This document shows, piece by piece, positions 48,409-61,091 of a stretch of 64,000 nucleotides of DNA. The DNA comes from Dudresnaya verticillata (Eukaryota). The notes under the pieces were generated by a model. It saw nothing but the letters and a program-made list of their open reading frames with translations. It had not been told where the DNA came from and ran no database searches. The stretch is from assembly GCA_977862235.1 (NCBI GenBank), contig OZ374561.1, positions 1,116,001-1,180,000 of the forward strand, written 5' to 3'. The translations under genes were made by a program, and so were the position numbers. The first letter of the stretch is position 1; every line of letters begins with the position of its first letter.

Positions 48409-49030
48409 TGTAGTAGAATGGCCCTTGGCCAGGTAGTCGGCGATAAAACGGCGCGACAGCTGTCCTGGGGACACACACTCACGGTGGGCGGTAGCTCAAA
48501 GGAAAAGGGAAAAGGGGGTGGTAGAGACTTGTAGTGGGTGTAATACCCAGAAACAAAGAAAAGGGAAGGCGGACCCTACAGCGTAGAGCAATCGTCGTAC
48601 ACGATAGGGCTTGTAGACGCCCAAGGCAAGGGAAACACGGTGGCACCGTAGGAAGACCAGAAATGGGTACAGCCCAAATTACACACCGCTGCCGGTTTAG
48701 TGCGGGGCCCCTGCTACTCAGGGGCCCAATAAATACGGCGGGAAGCCGGAAATGCTACCCACTCTAAGTTAGAGTTATAATACTGACAGTTCCCTAATAC
48801 TGTACACTAAATGGTGGATTACAATCCAATGATAGGAATGAGTGGTAGTACCACTACGAGGTACAGGCGCGCTGCTGTCTGGCGCGCCATGCCAAAAATA
48901 TGGGTGACCAGGATTAATCAACCAATGATAATCAGCCATCTCAACCATCGTGCCCTCGGGCGCCTCACGCCTTACAGGCGTCGTCTGTACACGTGTGTGC
49001 TTACAGCGCTCGGGCGCTCATTATTCCACA
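48409..49030 (-). repeat. 3' LTR (622 bp)
   Basis: Matches 61092-61714; preceded on the minus strand by the PPT AAGAAGGGGGCCG. Confidence 0.96.
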
Positions 49031-49795
49031 CGGCCCCCTTCTTAAAACTGAGCGACCCCGCTCAGTACAGCAATGCTGTTTCCAACGGTTCCGACCGTTG
49101 AGATCTGAAATCTCGTCGAAAAGATTGGCCCAGCCAAGCGTGGGGTTTCTGGCTTTCTAGAAGCATCCGCGAACGGTCGTCGGCGCCTGCGCCAGATCAG
49201 CCCGGCAACAGCCGTCGTCGGTGGCTCGCCTTTGGCGCCACGACTGGTATCGACAACGCGACACGCCAGACGGGGCGTCTTATTTCAACCTCGGCGCAGA
49301 GCCGACTGTGCCCCTTTCGCGCTCTCGGTCATCCGCCGACTCGACTCGCAACCTCAACACTCCTGCGAGTCTGCCCTCCTCCTTCATCACTCTTCCGCCC
49401 TTCTTCACCCTAGCCTCTTCGCGACGACTCGCGTCGTGTTTGGGCGCGTCTTTCTGCCGTGCTGCGCAGCGCGCGGGAGCGTTTCTCCTTTGTCTCGTGG
49501 CAAAAACGTTTGCGTCGACGACTGGCGTCGTGTCGCCCATAAGCATCGCTCGAGCGATTCAGGTCGCGCTCGCCTTTCTTAGGATCGGCTTTGGAGCCGA
49601 CGTAGTTCTAGGAAGGTCTCTGCGCCTTAGAAGTATTTTCAGGTCGCGCTCGCCACCTTAGGGTTCGGCTCTGGAGCCGACGCGTATACCGAAGACAAGG
49701 CCTCCGTGCCTTAGAAGAATATCTGGGGGACTACCCCACTCGCGGTCCAAGAACCGTGACACGTCTCGCAGCGTTGTTGCGCGCTCATCTCTGTG

Positions 49796-52072
49796 ATGAA
49801 TAACTCCGGCCTTGCGTATGGGGAGGTTGGATCTAGCGCGAGCGTCCTCGGCCACGAAGTGGACTCGGCGGGCGTGCCAATGGCCATCAAGCACAGTCGC
49901 GACTGGTTGGTCCGTACTGATCTGGCACACATCAAAGCCCGTGCTGGGGCTGGTCGGGAAGATATCCAACGACGCGGTGGACGCGTGGCGCAAAGCCGGA
50001 TGTGGAACAGCGTGAGCCGTGCGCGGGTTGAGATGTTGACCGGCACCAACCGTTTCGTTCCCGGCCTTCAGGGAGAGGCATCATGCTATCTGTGGGATCT
50101 CGCATATGTGCGATTCAGGCATGAGCTGTTCTTCACGAACAGCGTGGCGGGGAATCTGAACTACCACTTGGAGATGTTGCGTGAGATCCACTCGCGTGGA
50201 GGGTGAGACCTGCGTATGGCCAACCACGCTCGTCCGCTGATTCGGAAGGGCCGGGATAATTACCCGTATACGTTAGCCCGCATCGTTCGCTGGGATGAGT
50301 CCACGAATCTCAAGTACGCCCTTGACAATCCCCAAACGGCCAAGCCGTTAGCTTATTCGCGTTTCGAGCGACGTCAGCGCCACAAGACGGGGTGTCTCAT
50401 CCCGTGTCATTGTCAAGAAGTGGTCGCCATCAAACCAGAATATTATAGGGCGAAGTACCCTCAGATCCCTGACGACCATGCGTCGTACGAAGTGTCATAC
50501 TCGATGCCCGTGGGAACACCCACTATTGTGGCTTACTTCGGGTTGAATATGATGGCGCGAGCCATGGACGAGAGTGTCCTTTGGAGTCTTTTTCGACACG
50601 AGTGGATCGTCTTAGTCGCTCAGACTCTCGTCTATGAGGCCCGCCATGGGGTGCTGTATTTCATCAACCAGCCCCTTCGAGCTGCCATCAAGGAGATGGG
50701 TATCGACAACCTGTCGGCGGATGCCGATGACGCAGAGGACTTGAAGGCCCTTTTGGTCTTTATAGACCGCATTCGGTGGAGCCGAATCTCCAAACGGAAT
50801 CGTCATCTCCCGGAGAACACCGGTCATCTCACTCCTGCATATGACCGAGGAGATTGGGTGGACTTTGACCCAGAAGATTGGCATCCGGTGTTGCCGGACT
50901 TCTTGATTCAGCCTGAGCCGACAGAGGAGAGATCCCTGGTCTTGGATGAGGGAACCCGCATCACCGGTGTGACTCACGGGTGGGTGAGCGCCAGTTGGCA
51001 GGACCCCGGTCCGGAGACTCCAGGGGACGTCCCGTCATTCGACGACACTGTCGATGGTCAGTCTCAAGGTCCGTACGCGACGGCGTCAACTGGCCACGGT
51101 AAGGCCAATCAGGTCTTGCGTGACGTCTTCAAAAAACGGGGTTTGGCTATCCACCTCGCGGTGCATTGGGAACTACGGAATCTCACCGTTAATAGCCTCG
51201 CCGACTGGGTCGAGGAGGTAATGGTGGACTATGAGTCCAACTGGATGAGGACTCCGGGTCCTGTGGAGCGTTTGGAGAAACTTCGTACCCATTTGTCAAG
51301 GCTCCCACCCTTGAAGGGATACCCCGATGATGTTGACATCAAACCGCGTTTGGGCGTTGGCCATTCTGCTACGCCGCGAGTGAAGAGGGAATCGGCCAAG
51401 GTCGAGGGTTTCGATCCGCGCGCAATGACAGGTGGTGACACCTCGGTGGTTCCTCGTGAAGAGTCAGCTGTGGCACCTTCGGCCAGTCATGGAGCGGCCA
51501 TTTCCCACTCGGGACCCAAGCCGATCAATACAGCGGGCGCCTCATCATCGACGATGGCGCCGGCTGCTCCTACGACGCACTTGTCTGGCTTCGTCGCTAC
51601 AGGCGAGTTTCTCAACACGATCTCTCCCCGAGATGATTCTCGGGGCCAGCCCGATGCTAGTCGTTCTAAGGGCGACTCCCTGGTGGTTAAACCAAGTGGC
51701 ACCGGCCAAGAGAGCGAGAAGCCTGCGGATGTCGAGACTGGGCCTTCGCCCATTGTTGGCGAGTCCAACGTAACCCCTCAAGACGACGTCGTCGTGAAGA
51801 CTGAGCTCGCCGTGAAGGAAGAAGACGAAGTAGCCCCTCTCGTACAGGGTAGCCAGACCGATGGCGTTGATGCCATGGAAGTGGACCAGCCAACGGCCAG
51901 TCGCCGTGCGTTAAACAAGTTAGAGGGGAGTCGGCGTGGTCGTGGTCTGCGTCGCGGAGGGGAAAGTCGTCACGTCGTGCGCGAGGTGCGACGTGTCGTC
52001 GTATCTCACTCGGCACCCAAGCCGAATCCTCCGTTGGGTGAGGATGAGGTTATTGACCTGTTGTCGGATTAG
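49796..52072 (+). CDS. Antisense extra ORF of the Gypsy element, unknown function (two segments, ~136 aa and 618 aa, in one frame, split by a TGA at 50204)
   Basis: Long, protein-like ORF located between the end of pol and the 3' LTR, on the strand opposite gag-pol. Confidence 0.75.
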
Positions 52073-53350
52073 CAGAAGTTGTCCTTCTTCGAGTAATGGC
52101 TCGTGAGCCACGTAATTCGCCACACTTGGGCAAGAGCGGCTTATCCGCTGAAGTAAAGTGACTTGTTGTTGTTTATGTCACTTCTGTACGCCGATTTCCG
52201 TAAGTAGAGCCAACCACTGAGGAGGCCCTCATTAACACGCCTCTGCGACTAGGCTCCGAAGGAGCCCCCGTCGACGTTCGTCGAGTGACTTCCTTTAACT
52301 CAAGGCCGTCGCGCCTTTTCTTGTCTAGGTCCTTCACTCGGAGAGGGAGTCGCGCGCACATGCGCGGCAGACTCCTCAAGGGAGTTGGTGGCGAGAGCCG
52401 GGGGGTGCCGGGGTAGTGCCCCGTGGATTGTGGTGCCAAACGATTGTGATTCGTTAGTCAATCCGCCTCCCTTGGCGCTTCACCAAATCAGAGTTAATGC
52501 CAGCGATGATAAAGGCGACTCTACAGTAGACAAAAACATACTGTAGAGCTACGCTCTTGTTGGCGCCAACCGATGTAGGGGCTCTTCAGCCATAGCTGAT
52601 TTGCAGGTCAATTCGCCTGAATTGGCGTCTAGAGCAACACCCCGTCCTTTCCCTCGAAGAGGGTCGTTAACATCCTCTAGTCGTCGTCGACGAGGGGGCT
52701 TGTGCCACATCTGCGGCCGGCAGGTCACCGTTATGGTGAAGCGACTCTCCCATGGTAGTGAGCCTCACCCGCGACGGCCTCTTAATGGCGACAAAGTTAT
52801 CGAAACTCTGCTAGGGCAGATGAGTGTAGTTTCGTGGATTCTCGTCACTATTATTGCCGTGGTGGAGGTGTCCAACATGAGGGCAGATCTCCACTCCTGG
52901 GTTCCAATCCATAAGTGGCTGGAGCCTATCTCCATAACTTAATTACCATATTAGCATAGGGCTTCCTTCCTACCGGTGGTAGTATTTGTTTCTATACATG
53001 TGAGCGTTCGCTCAAGTCTTATTATTACAGGGTTCTACCCCTGTCCAGATATCCCTTGATCTCATCTATCCCAGGTCTTGAACCTTCTGTACATCTATCC
53101 ACATCTATCCATGTCATCTATCCATATCTTGAACCTTCATTCATCTATCCATATCTTCTAACCAGACCAAGGTAACAACTTTTCCTTCACCAGCATACGT
53201 GTTCCACGTTTCATATAATGACAGCTTCCACAAGCAACCCAACCCTTGCTGCAGGAGATTGACTCCTCCTTTTCCATGCTAAGCCGACAGTCTCTTTCTG
53301 TAGAGCTATAGGGCTGTGTTTTCCCGAGACTCCACGTCTTCGTCTATCGA

Positions 53351-56300
53351 CTAAGCCACTCCGTCGGCAGTTACTCCTGGAAGGGGTATCTTCCTGGAAC
53401 GGTGATACCGTTTGACCAAATTGTCAGGGAGGTGATCCCTTGGCTCCCAGGTGTCTTGCGACGCCGGGCATTGGAACCACCTGATACGGTACTTATGGGT
53501 ATCGGCGTCATAGTCGACGATCTTTTCATACACGAACTCACGTGGGGGTGCTTTCTTATAGCGTGAAAACGTACGGCGAGGCGCCGTCACATCATCCTCA
53601 ATCGCCGGCATTGCCGTCGGAGCGGCAGGCGGATTTGACTCCTGTAAGAGTTGTGGGGTGTTACCGCCTTGAGACAGGGAAACAGATACCTCTGTAGGGG
53701 GCATGTTAGGAGAAACCGGGCCCACGGCGCTATCGATATTGTCAGTGTTTCCAATTAATGGATAGGGGACAGTCGTTGCATTTGCGGGTCCCACGGCCTC
53801 TCTTGAGCGTTCCTCATCTTGCGCTCTTCGCGCCTCTTCAGTGGAAGATTCATCGGTGGGCTCTGGCCCAGAAGGTGGTTGCATATGGTTTCCAGCTTCT
53901 GGTGCTTCACCAACTATCGTGGAGTCCTGTCCTAGAGCCCCGAGTTCTTCGTCTGGCGAGGGCGCCAATGTCACACGGTCCAACGAGATTGACTGTCGCT
54001 CCCCCTTGACTTCAAGCACGACGGTGTGCGTTCCTCTCTCGAGGACCTTATAAGGCCCCAGAGCCTTTGGGAAAGTTTTCCTTCTCGCGATACGCCTCTA
54101 GCGTCTTTCATCTTAGTGTCTCTTTCGAGAAAGACCCATTGTCCAGGGCGTATCTTCTGATTGCTCAGACGCATGCGGTTGTTGAAGTTAGTTTCGTAGC
54201 GACGTTGCGCTAATTTTAGCCGAGGCAACGCTGTATCCATCAGCTTCTCAAGTCTAGCGGTCAGCCGCTTCTTGACATTAGTTGCAGATACGTCAGCCAC
54301 GTCGACCGTTTCAGCTTTCTCCATGAGGATGGAAGTAGGTGGGTTGGATAGAACCAAATCAACGGGCGCGAATCCCGTAGCACGATGAACGGTCGTATTA
54401 TACGCATACGTCAGCGCCGACGTGAACTCGTCCCAATCTTTTTGATCATCTGCGATGAAGTGTCTCAACCCTGCTAGAAGGGTGCGGTTGAACCTTTCGG
54501 TCTGACCATTGGTCTGCGGATGATATGTAGAAGTGAACATATTCCGAATACGGAGGATGCCACAGACGGCAATAAAGAACTTGGAAGCAAACTGCGATCC
54601 ATTGTCGGACAAGACGTAACGGGGTGGCCCGTAGATATACACCCAGTCTTCGCAGAATGCTCTCGCTACTGTATAAGCCGTTACCGTCTTCAACGGGACT
54701 ACCCGTGTAAGTTTCGAGAAACGATCGGTGATGACGAGAAGATACTCGTTCCCCTTGCTTGATCGCGGCAGCGGGCCCAAGATGTCAATTCCTAGGAATT
54801 CGAGCGGCATAGTAGCCGGAAATAACTTCATGTGCGAAGTATGTTTTCTCAACTGGACTCGTTCCCTCGCGCACTTGACACAGTTACGCACTGTCGAGTA
54901 AACGGCAAGGGCCATGTCTGGCCAATACACTTGTCTTCTCAAGTTATGGTACATCCGTGTGCCACCAGGATGGCCAGCCATATCCGGGTAGTGTGCAAGA
55001 TGTAGGACTCTCTCCTGAAGAACTCTAGGTATGACTACCTGTAAAGATCGGTCAATGTAAGACCTTCGGACTAGGAGTCCGCGTTCGTCTTCCAGGTAAC
55101 ATCCCGGTTTTCCCGCTTCGATGGCTAATCGGATACCCTTACAGAATTCGTCTGTTCGTTGGGCGCGAAGAAGTTCCTCTATTGTAAGGAGTGAAAGACT
55201 CTTCTCGTCCATTTCCTTCTCAGCCACGTTGGCTATCAATTGCTCGTCCTCGAGACCCAACTCGAACGAATTGTCTTCGGGTTCCATCTCCCATTCTTCC
55301 AAAGGTCGCGACCTGGTGTTGGCTCGCGATGTTTCCTTCGCCGAAGGGTCAGGGGGATCTTCCCCATCGCTATCAGCGATTATGAAGCAGGGGATCTCGA
55401 GATCCGGTTCCCACTTAGTAAACCCATAGGTGGGTAAACGTGAGACAGCGTCAGCAATCTGATTTTTCTTTCCCTTACGGTATTGAACCGTGAAGTCATA
55501 CTCTAAGAGACGCAAGCGCCATCGCGCTAGACGTCCGGACGCGTCCGTCATGCTCATCATCCATTTGAGAGCCTGATGGTCGGTGTAGAGGTCGAAATGA
55601 GACCTTTCCAAATATGGTCTGAGCATTTGTGTAGCCCAGACTACAGCGAGGCATTCCTTTTCGCCGACGGAGTAATTCCGTTCTGCTGGTGTTAGGCCCC
55701 GACTCCAAAATCCAATAGAGTGTCGAGTCCCGTCGGGTTCCATTTACATTAGGGCGCACCCTATTTGGTAGTCACACGCGTCGGTATCGACCGGGAGGGG
55801 TCTGTCTTCCTTAGGAAGTCGGAGTATTGGCGGCGCGATGAGGGCTTTCTTCAGTAAAGCGAAAGCTTCGCGTTGCCGTTCATCGAATGGAGGTAATTCG
55901 AAACCAACGTCCTTTTGTAGGAGCCTATTAAGCGGAGACGCTACACGTGCAAAGTTCGGTACAAAACGTCCATAGACGTTGCATTGCCCGATGAACGACC
56001 GTAGTTGCGTTTGCGTCGTAGGTTCCTTGAAGCCTTCGATGGCTTGTGTATTCTTGGTAGCTACCTCCAGGAGACCAGGTCGGATCACGTGCCCGAGGTA
56101 GTCCACGCTTTTTGTGAAGAAATTACACTTCTTCAACTTGAGCGACACACCCGCTTCCTTCAACACAGAGAGGATCTCTTGAACGTGACCTAAGTGTTCG
56201 GTGACACTCTTAGAGAAGACTATGATGTCGTCCAAGTAGACGAGACAAGACTTCCATCGGAATCCCGATAATAAAATGTCAACTGTTCGTTGAAACGTTG

Positions 56301-57950
56301 CTGGTGCGTTGCACAGGCCGAATGGCATTCGGCAGAACTGAAAGCAACCTGCATGACAGGTAAAAGCGGTTTTTGGCTTATCCTCCGCCGCGACTGGTAT
56401 CTGCCAGTACCCTGAATTGCAATCAAGGGTTGTAAAATATTGGGCGTCGCCCAACGAGTCTAAGCACTCGTCCATTCGCGGGAGAGGGTAAGAATCCTTG
56501 ATGGTTATCGCGTTAAGCTTTCTGTAATCAACACAGAAACGGAGGGATCCGTCTGGCTTCTTCACCAGTACCACTGGACTTGCGAACTCAGAGCGCGCTG
56601 GCTCTATGACCCCTTCCTTCAACATCTTGTCGACTTCATATTGCTCCGCTTGTCGCGCCTTCGGTCCAGACCGATATGGTTGTGCAAATACGGGTTTTGC
56701 CCCGTCAGTGAGATCGATTCGATGCTCCGTGACCTTTATGGTCCCGAGCTTCCGGTTCCACCTATCTGCGAAGGGTCGCAACATCTTGCGCACGAGACGT
56801 CTTTCAGACGTAGAGAGTTGTTCCAGGGCTAAGTCATCGACTGTTAGCTTCTCAGCGGCGGTTGTAACGCCCGGTTTGGAATTGATCACGCCAAGAGCAG
56901 CAGCCAGCCCTGCCCCCCTACATCGAAGGATGTCTCCGTTTGAGGATTCGTGTCCTTTTGTTGTGAGACTGTATCCTCGGAGACGTCGTCGATGGAAACC
57001 GAATATACAGACGTGGCCGTGGGAGCTGGAACTGCGCGACCAATCACTTGGTGTTTGTTCAACCGCTGTGTGCGGGAAGAAAAGTTGGCAACCTTGACCC
57101 GGAAGAGAACATTCTCTTGGAGGTTGACGATGCCATTCGTGATGATCACTTGTTGACGGTCGTATAGACGTTGGAACGAATGTAGGAAGTGCGTTCCTTT
57201 GGCCGTGCACGTGACGGCGACCCAGGTTTCTGAACCGGGTAGTAAGTTAGTGGTTTGGGCAACTCTTACGAGTCGCGAGTTAGGTAGGGGAGGGACCTCC
57301 ATGGGCTCGCCAGAGTTCGTGTCTCTCGGGATACTGCACCGACGTCGTAGAATCGGGTGTACCGAGCCGTCCCGTAGCGCGATGGTTTGTTTGCGTACGC
57401 GCAAGGCTTCGACATGGGTATCGATAAAGGTACAGCCTAAGATCATATCAACGGCTAATGCCTTGACTACGACGAACGGTTGGCGTACCGTGTAGGAGCC
57501 AATTCTGACGGCCAGGGAGATCATTCCCATAGTTGTTAAGCGGTGACTTGACGCGGATGTCAAATTCACGATCGATCGGGTCGAAGATATCTTCTTCCGT
57601 TCTTCCAAAGAGAGCACGTCGGCTCGGATGAGGTTTGGGCCCGCCCCAGTGTCCAAGACTGAGAGCACTTGAGTAAGTTTCTCAACAGAAGTCCCCACGG
57701 ACGCGACAACTTTATAGTTGTATCTCGAAAGAGAGCAAACTGGGTCCTTAACATACTCATGATACTTATACCCGGGAGGTAGGCCCACAGGGCGTTCTAA
57801 AATCTTCTTTGGAAGAGAAGGCGGGGTTTCCCGCGACACAGATCGGTTGGTAGAGGAGAAGCTTAAGAAGTCACATTCCTCTGAACGATCGGGGGGTTCC
57901 GATACGACTGGGGTTGCCCAGTGAACCGAAACCGGTTCCCCCCTAGCTAG
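53351..57950 (-). CDS. pol: Gypsy Pol (PR-RT-RNase H-IN-chromodomain), disrupted by 1-nt shifts at ~56915 and ~54070 and a TAA at 55744
   Basis: PR VLDTGAGPNLI; RT LRFCVDYRKLN, MPFGLCNAPATFQ, YLDD; RH DTDAC, RNYSVGEKECLA, TDHQAL; IN H-HPG...CVKC, DILGP, SDNG, PQTNGQTERFN; chromodomain YEKIVDY...YRIRW...DTWEP. Confidence 0.95.
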
Positions 57951-60658
57951 TTTTTCGCCCTGCTAGCAGGCGACCGCGGAAGCGGTGGAGGCGGCGGAAG
58001 GGTTCGCGACCCTTGTCTTGGCGAGCGTGGCGCCGCCGGTGGGTGTCTGGGAGTGTCAACCGGGTGATTAAGTCCCGTTTGAAATTGGACATGTCCGTTC
58101 CTGCCTGGGGTTGACCCCAAATTTTGAAGCGTGCCTGGCGGCGGCCCACCGGCCCGACCTGACGATGCGTAGTCGCGGTGGTTGCCACGGATATCTCCGT
58201 TTGCGAACTCGGGTAGGCGCCCTATGGTGGCTAACCATGTCTTCTGCTCGCGCGACAAGTGATAAAACTGTCGGCGTTTTAGCGCCTCAAATGACGGTTC
58301 ATCCGTGCGAGCCAGATATGGGCAATTCGGTTTCTTGTGGCCCACGCCATAGCACTCGAAACAAATGTCATAGGGTGCATCTTCGACTTTTACCCACCCA
58401 GGACGCTGAGTCCTTGTTGGTTGTGCCCATCCAGGCAATCGGTGGTTGTAGTTCTGTAGAACCGCTTCCACTTCACCATAGTATGGTTGGTTACTGGGTG
58501 CCCCAGACCACGAGTCTGATTGGGTTACCGTGGATGGAGGCGCTTCGTTGTCGATGGCAGCCACCACGGCGTCCTCGCTATCCGCGTCAGAGCTACTGTT
58601 CTTTGATGAATCGGAATCCGAGGACATCTGCTTCTTATTCTGGAGAATGAGAAGAGCTCGTCCAGACTTGTGCATCTTCACCCTGGAGAGGGTTTTCCGG
58701 GGTAGCGTTGAGCTCACCTTCTTGGAGCGTCCCCCACCCACAAGGGCTCGGTGGGAATCTCCCTGAGCCGTTGCGAGCTCAACGTAGTCTGCCAGTCGCG
58801 CCGTGCGAGGGTCCAGTGATGTCGTACTCAAAAGCGGTTTGACCGCAGGTTGTAACCCTCGTATAAAACGTGTGATCAGGTCTTGCTCTGAATAAACACC
58901 TGCGACCTTTCGCGCTTTGTTCTGCAAACGTCTTGAAAACGTAACCTCCTCCTCATCAGACTCCAGAATCATCGTGTCCATCTCAGAAGAAATCTTCTCG
59001 ATGTAGACGTCCTTTGCGTAAGTACGCAGGAGGTAATTAATGGCTTCCGGCCACTCATTGAAACCCCCATTGTCGTCGCCTGCGGCATCGAAATTGGCTT
59101 CGAACATGTCCTTAGCGTCTTTTTCCAAGAACTCTGGGATAACCAGAATGGCAGCGCCTTCACTGACTTGGGCTTGATCCAACTGTCGTTTCAACGTGGC
59201 CAGAAAGCCAATTATGGAAACGGGGTCACTCCCATCAAAGCGGCGACTCCTCATTACGGATTTAACCCGTTTAATCTTCTTGAAAGTGGCTTCCGTTACT
59301 TCCGGTCCTCGATATGAATCGACATTCAACAACCGATAGCGTCGGTATGAAAGAACCTGTACCAAGGCAGGGTTTCGTGGAGTCAACTACTTGAGTCCCG
59401 TCCGACGTGGGCCTCTCCAAGAGCTCCATGACGGTCGGGAAAGACCTCGCGAGGTGGGTTCATCTTCATCCGAGTGGTTCGGAGCGGGGTAGGAATTGCT
59501 TCGGCGTTGATCTTCAGCCTTGCGGCTGGAGTACCGGTCTTGACGTGAATCAATCCGGCTGCGGCACACGTTGGAACCGTGCGTCGCCCGGCAATCACAC
59601 CGAGGGTGTTCCGTCCTCTCACGACCAAAGTCGTCCTTTCCAGACTCCCCTCCCGAGTCACGTCGCGGAGACGTTTTGCGACGGTCCCTGGTGCCTCGAG
59701 GCACAGGGGAGCGTCGTCGTTCGACTTCAGGGATTAAGTCCCTTTCACGATTAGTTCGCCTCATCTTTGCTTCTAGCAACGCGACCTTCCGTCTCTCTCC
59801 ATCGAGATCTTTGCGTAAGAGCTCGATGGCTCGATCTTGTTCGACACACCTTGTGTCGTCCACGTTACGTTGAACGTCTTGTATAGCCATTACGGCTTCT
59901 GTCCTTGTTAGGTCGGTAACCTTGTTGAGTGCGTGTAGTTCCTCGTGGACGGTATCCAATTGGTCCCCGAGGGAATCCACTTGCGCCTGCAGGGTTTCGA
60001 CCCTCTCTTCGTCTAAACCTCTGAGAGGACCTGGTCGACCTCGAGATTCAATCTCTTGCTGACACCTCGCCAGGAGGCGATCATCACGGCGCGCGGATGC
60101 CTCGTCAATGTACCTCTTGACCTTTAGAAAGGTATCATCAGCTTGGCTTTCCAACAGTGCCACGACGCTCGTCGTCAAGGATCTCTCGATGCCTAATTCG
60201 ACCATTCGTCCAATCTCACGCTCCGTGAAGCAGCGGATTTCAGACGAATAATACTTCGTTCGAATTGGCAACCCTTCGTCCGGAGTTGCCGGAGTTTCTT
60301 CTTCCTGGGCTCGTCCGCCCATAGCTTGAACACTGGCTAACGCCGGGGGCGACGGCATCATTCTACGGCCTGGACCTTCGTTCTCCCCGATGTCAGCGGG
60401 GGCTTCTCCAACGGTTCGGACCGTATTTTCTCCGTCAGGGACCTGATCCCTACCAGGGCCAGGTGGTTCTTCTTCAGCTGGGACGCCGGTCGTTTGGGGT
60501 GGCGGTCCCAGCTCCTCCGTTGCCGGATTGTTTGCAAGAGCGGTTACGCCCGCACGGGTGCGGGCGCCTACCGTTCTTACAGAGGCAAGACTGCCTGTAC
60601 GACTCGCGCCTCGGCTAGATAAGCCGGGGCGCGTTGTATCGCCATTAGATGTAGGCAT
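57947..60658 (-). CDS. gag: Gypsy Gag with long N-terminal extension (~903 codons; in-frame TAG at 59387-59389)
   Basis: The 423-aa and 479-aa ORFs share a frame; CCHC knuckle CFECYGVGHKKPNC; the paralog at 61845 has GAG (Glu) at the TAG position. Confidence 0.9.
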
Positions 60659-61072
60659 CTTGACTTCAACAGGACCTGTATCGTCGGTCTGATGACGTTC
60701 TTCTCGGTTCAGCCGATGTGGTAGCGGGGAATTCTTCCCAGGCTCCTCGACGGTAGGAACCGTATTATACTCGTGTTTTCTCAGGATGCACAGAAAACCT
60801 GTTGAGGTAGTCTCACTCCGGGCGTCACTCCCCCGTGAGAGGGTACTTCTAAAAACGGATAAAACCGTAAAACGAACTTGTGCTTGCTCACAGATTTGAC
60901 GCTACTCTGGAGCTTAACGTGAAGCGTAGAAACCGTCGACAGTAAGACGACTAGGGTTTTGCCCTTCGAGAGGTTGGAACCTTGAAAATCAACGGACACT
61001 CCGTCCTGTCTTGACTTCTCGATTCGGCCTGTCGATGACAAGGTGGAAAAAGGGTCCGACCCTGAGAACTTG

Positions 61073-61090
61073 TTCTAGGTCGGGAGACCA
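61073..61090 (-). promoter_or_regulatory. Primer-binding site TGGTCTCCCGACCTAGAA (tRNA-Tyr-like)
   Basis: Starts TGG one base after the CA of the 5' LTR. Confidence 0.85.
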
Positions 61091-61091
61091 C

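Noticed and set aside
59387..59389. In-frame TAG in gag as programmed readthrough
   Set aside because: The paralog at 61845-61847 has GAG (VKELAP) and element 1 is open across the same region, so a nonsense mutation is more likely.
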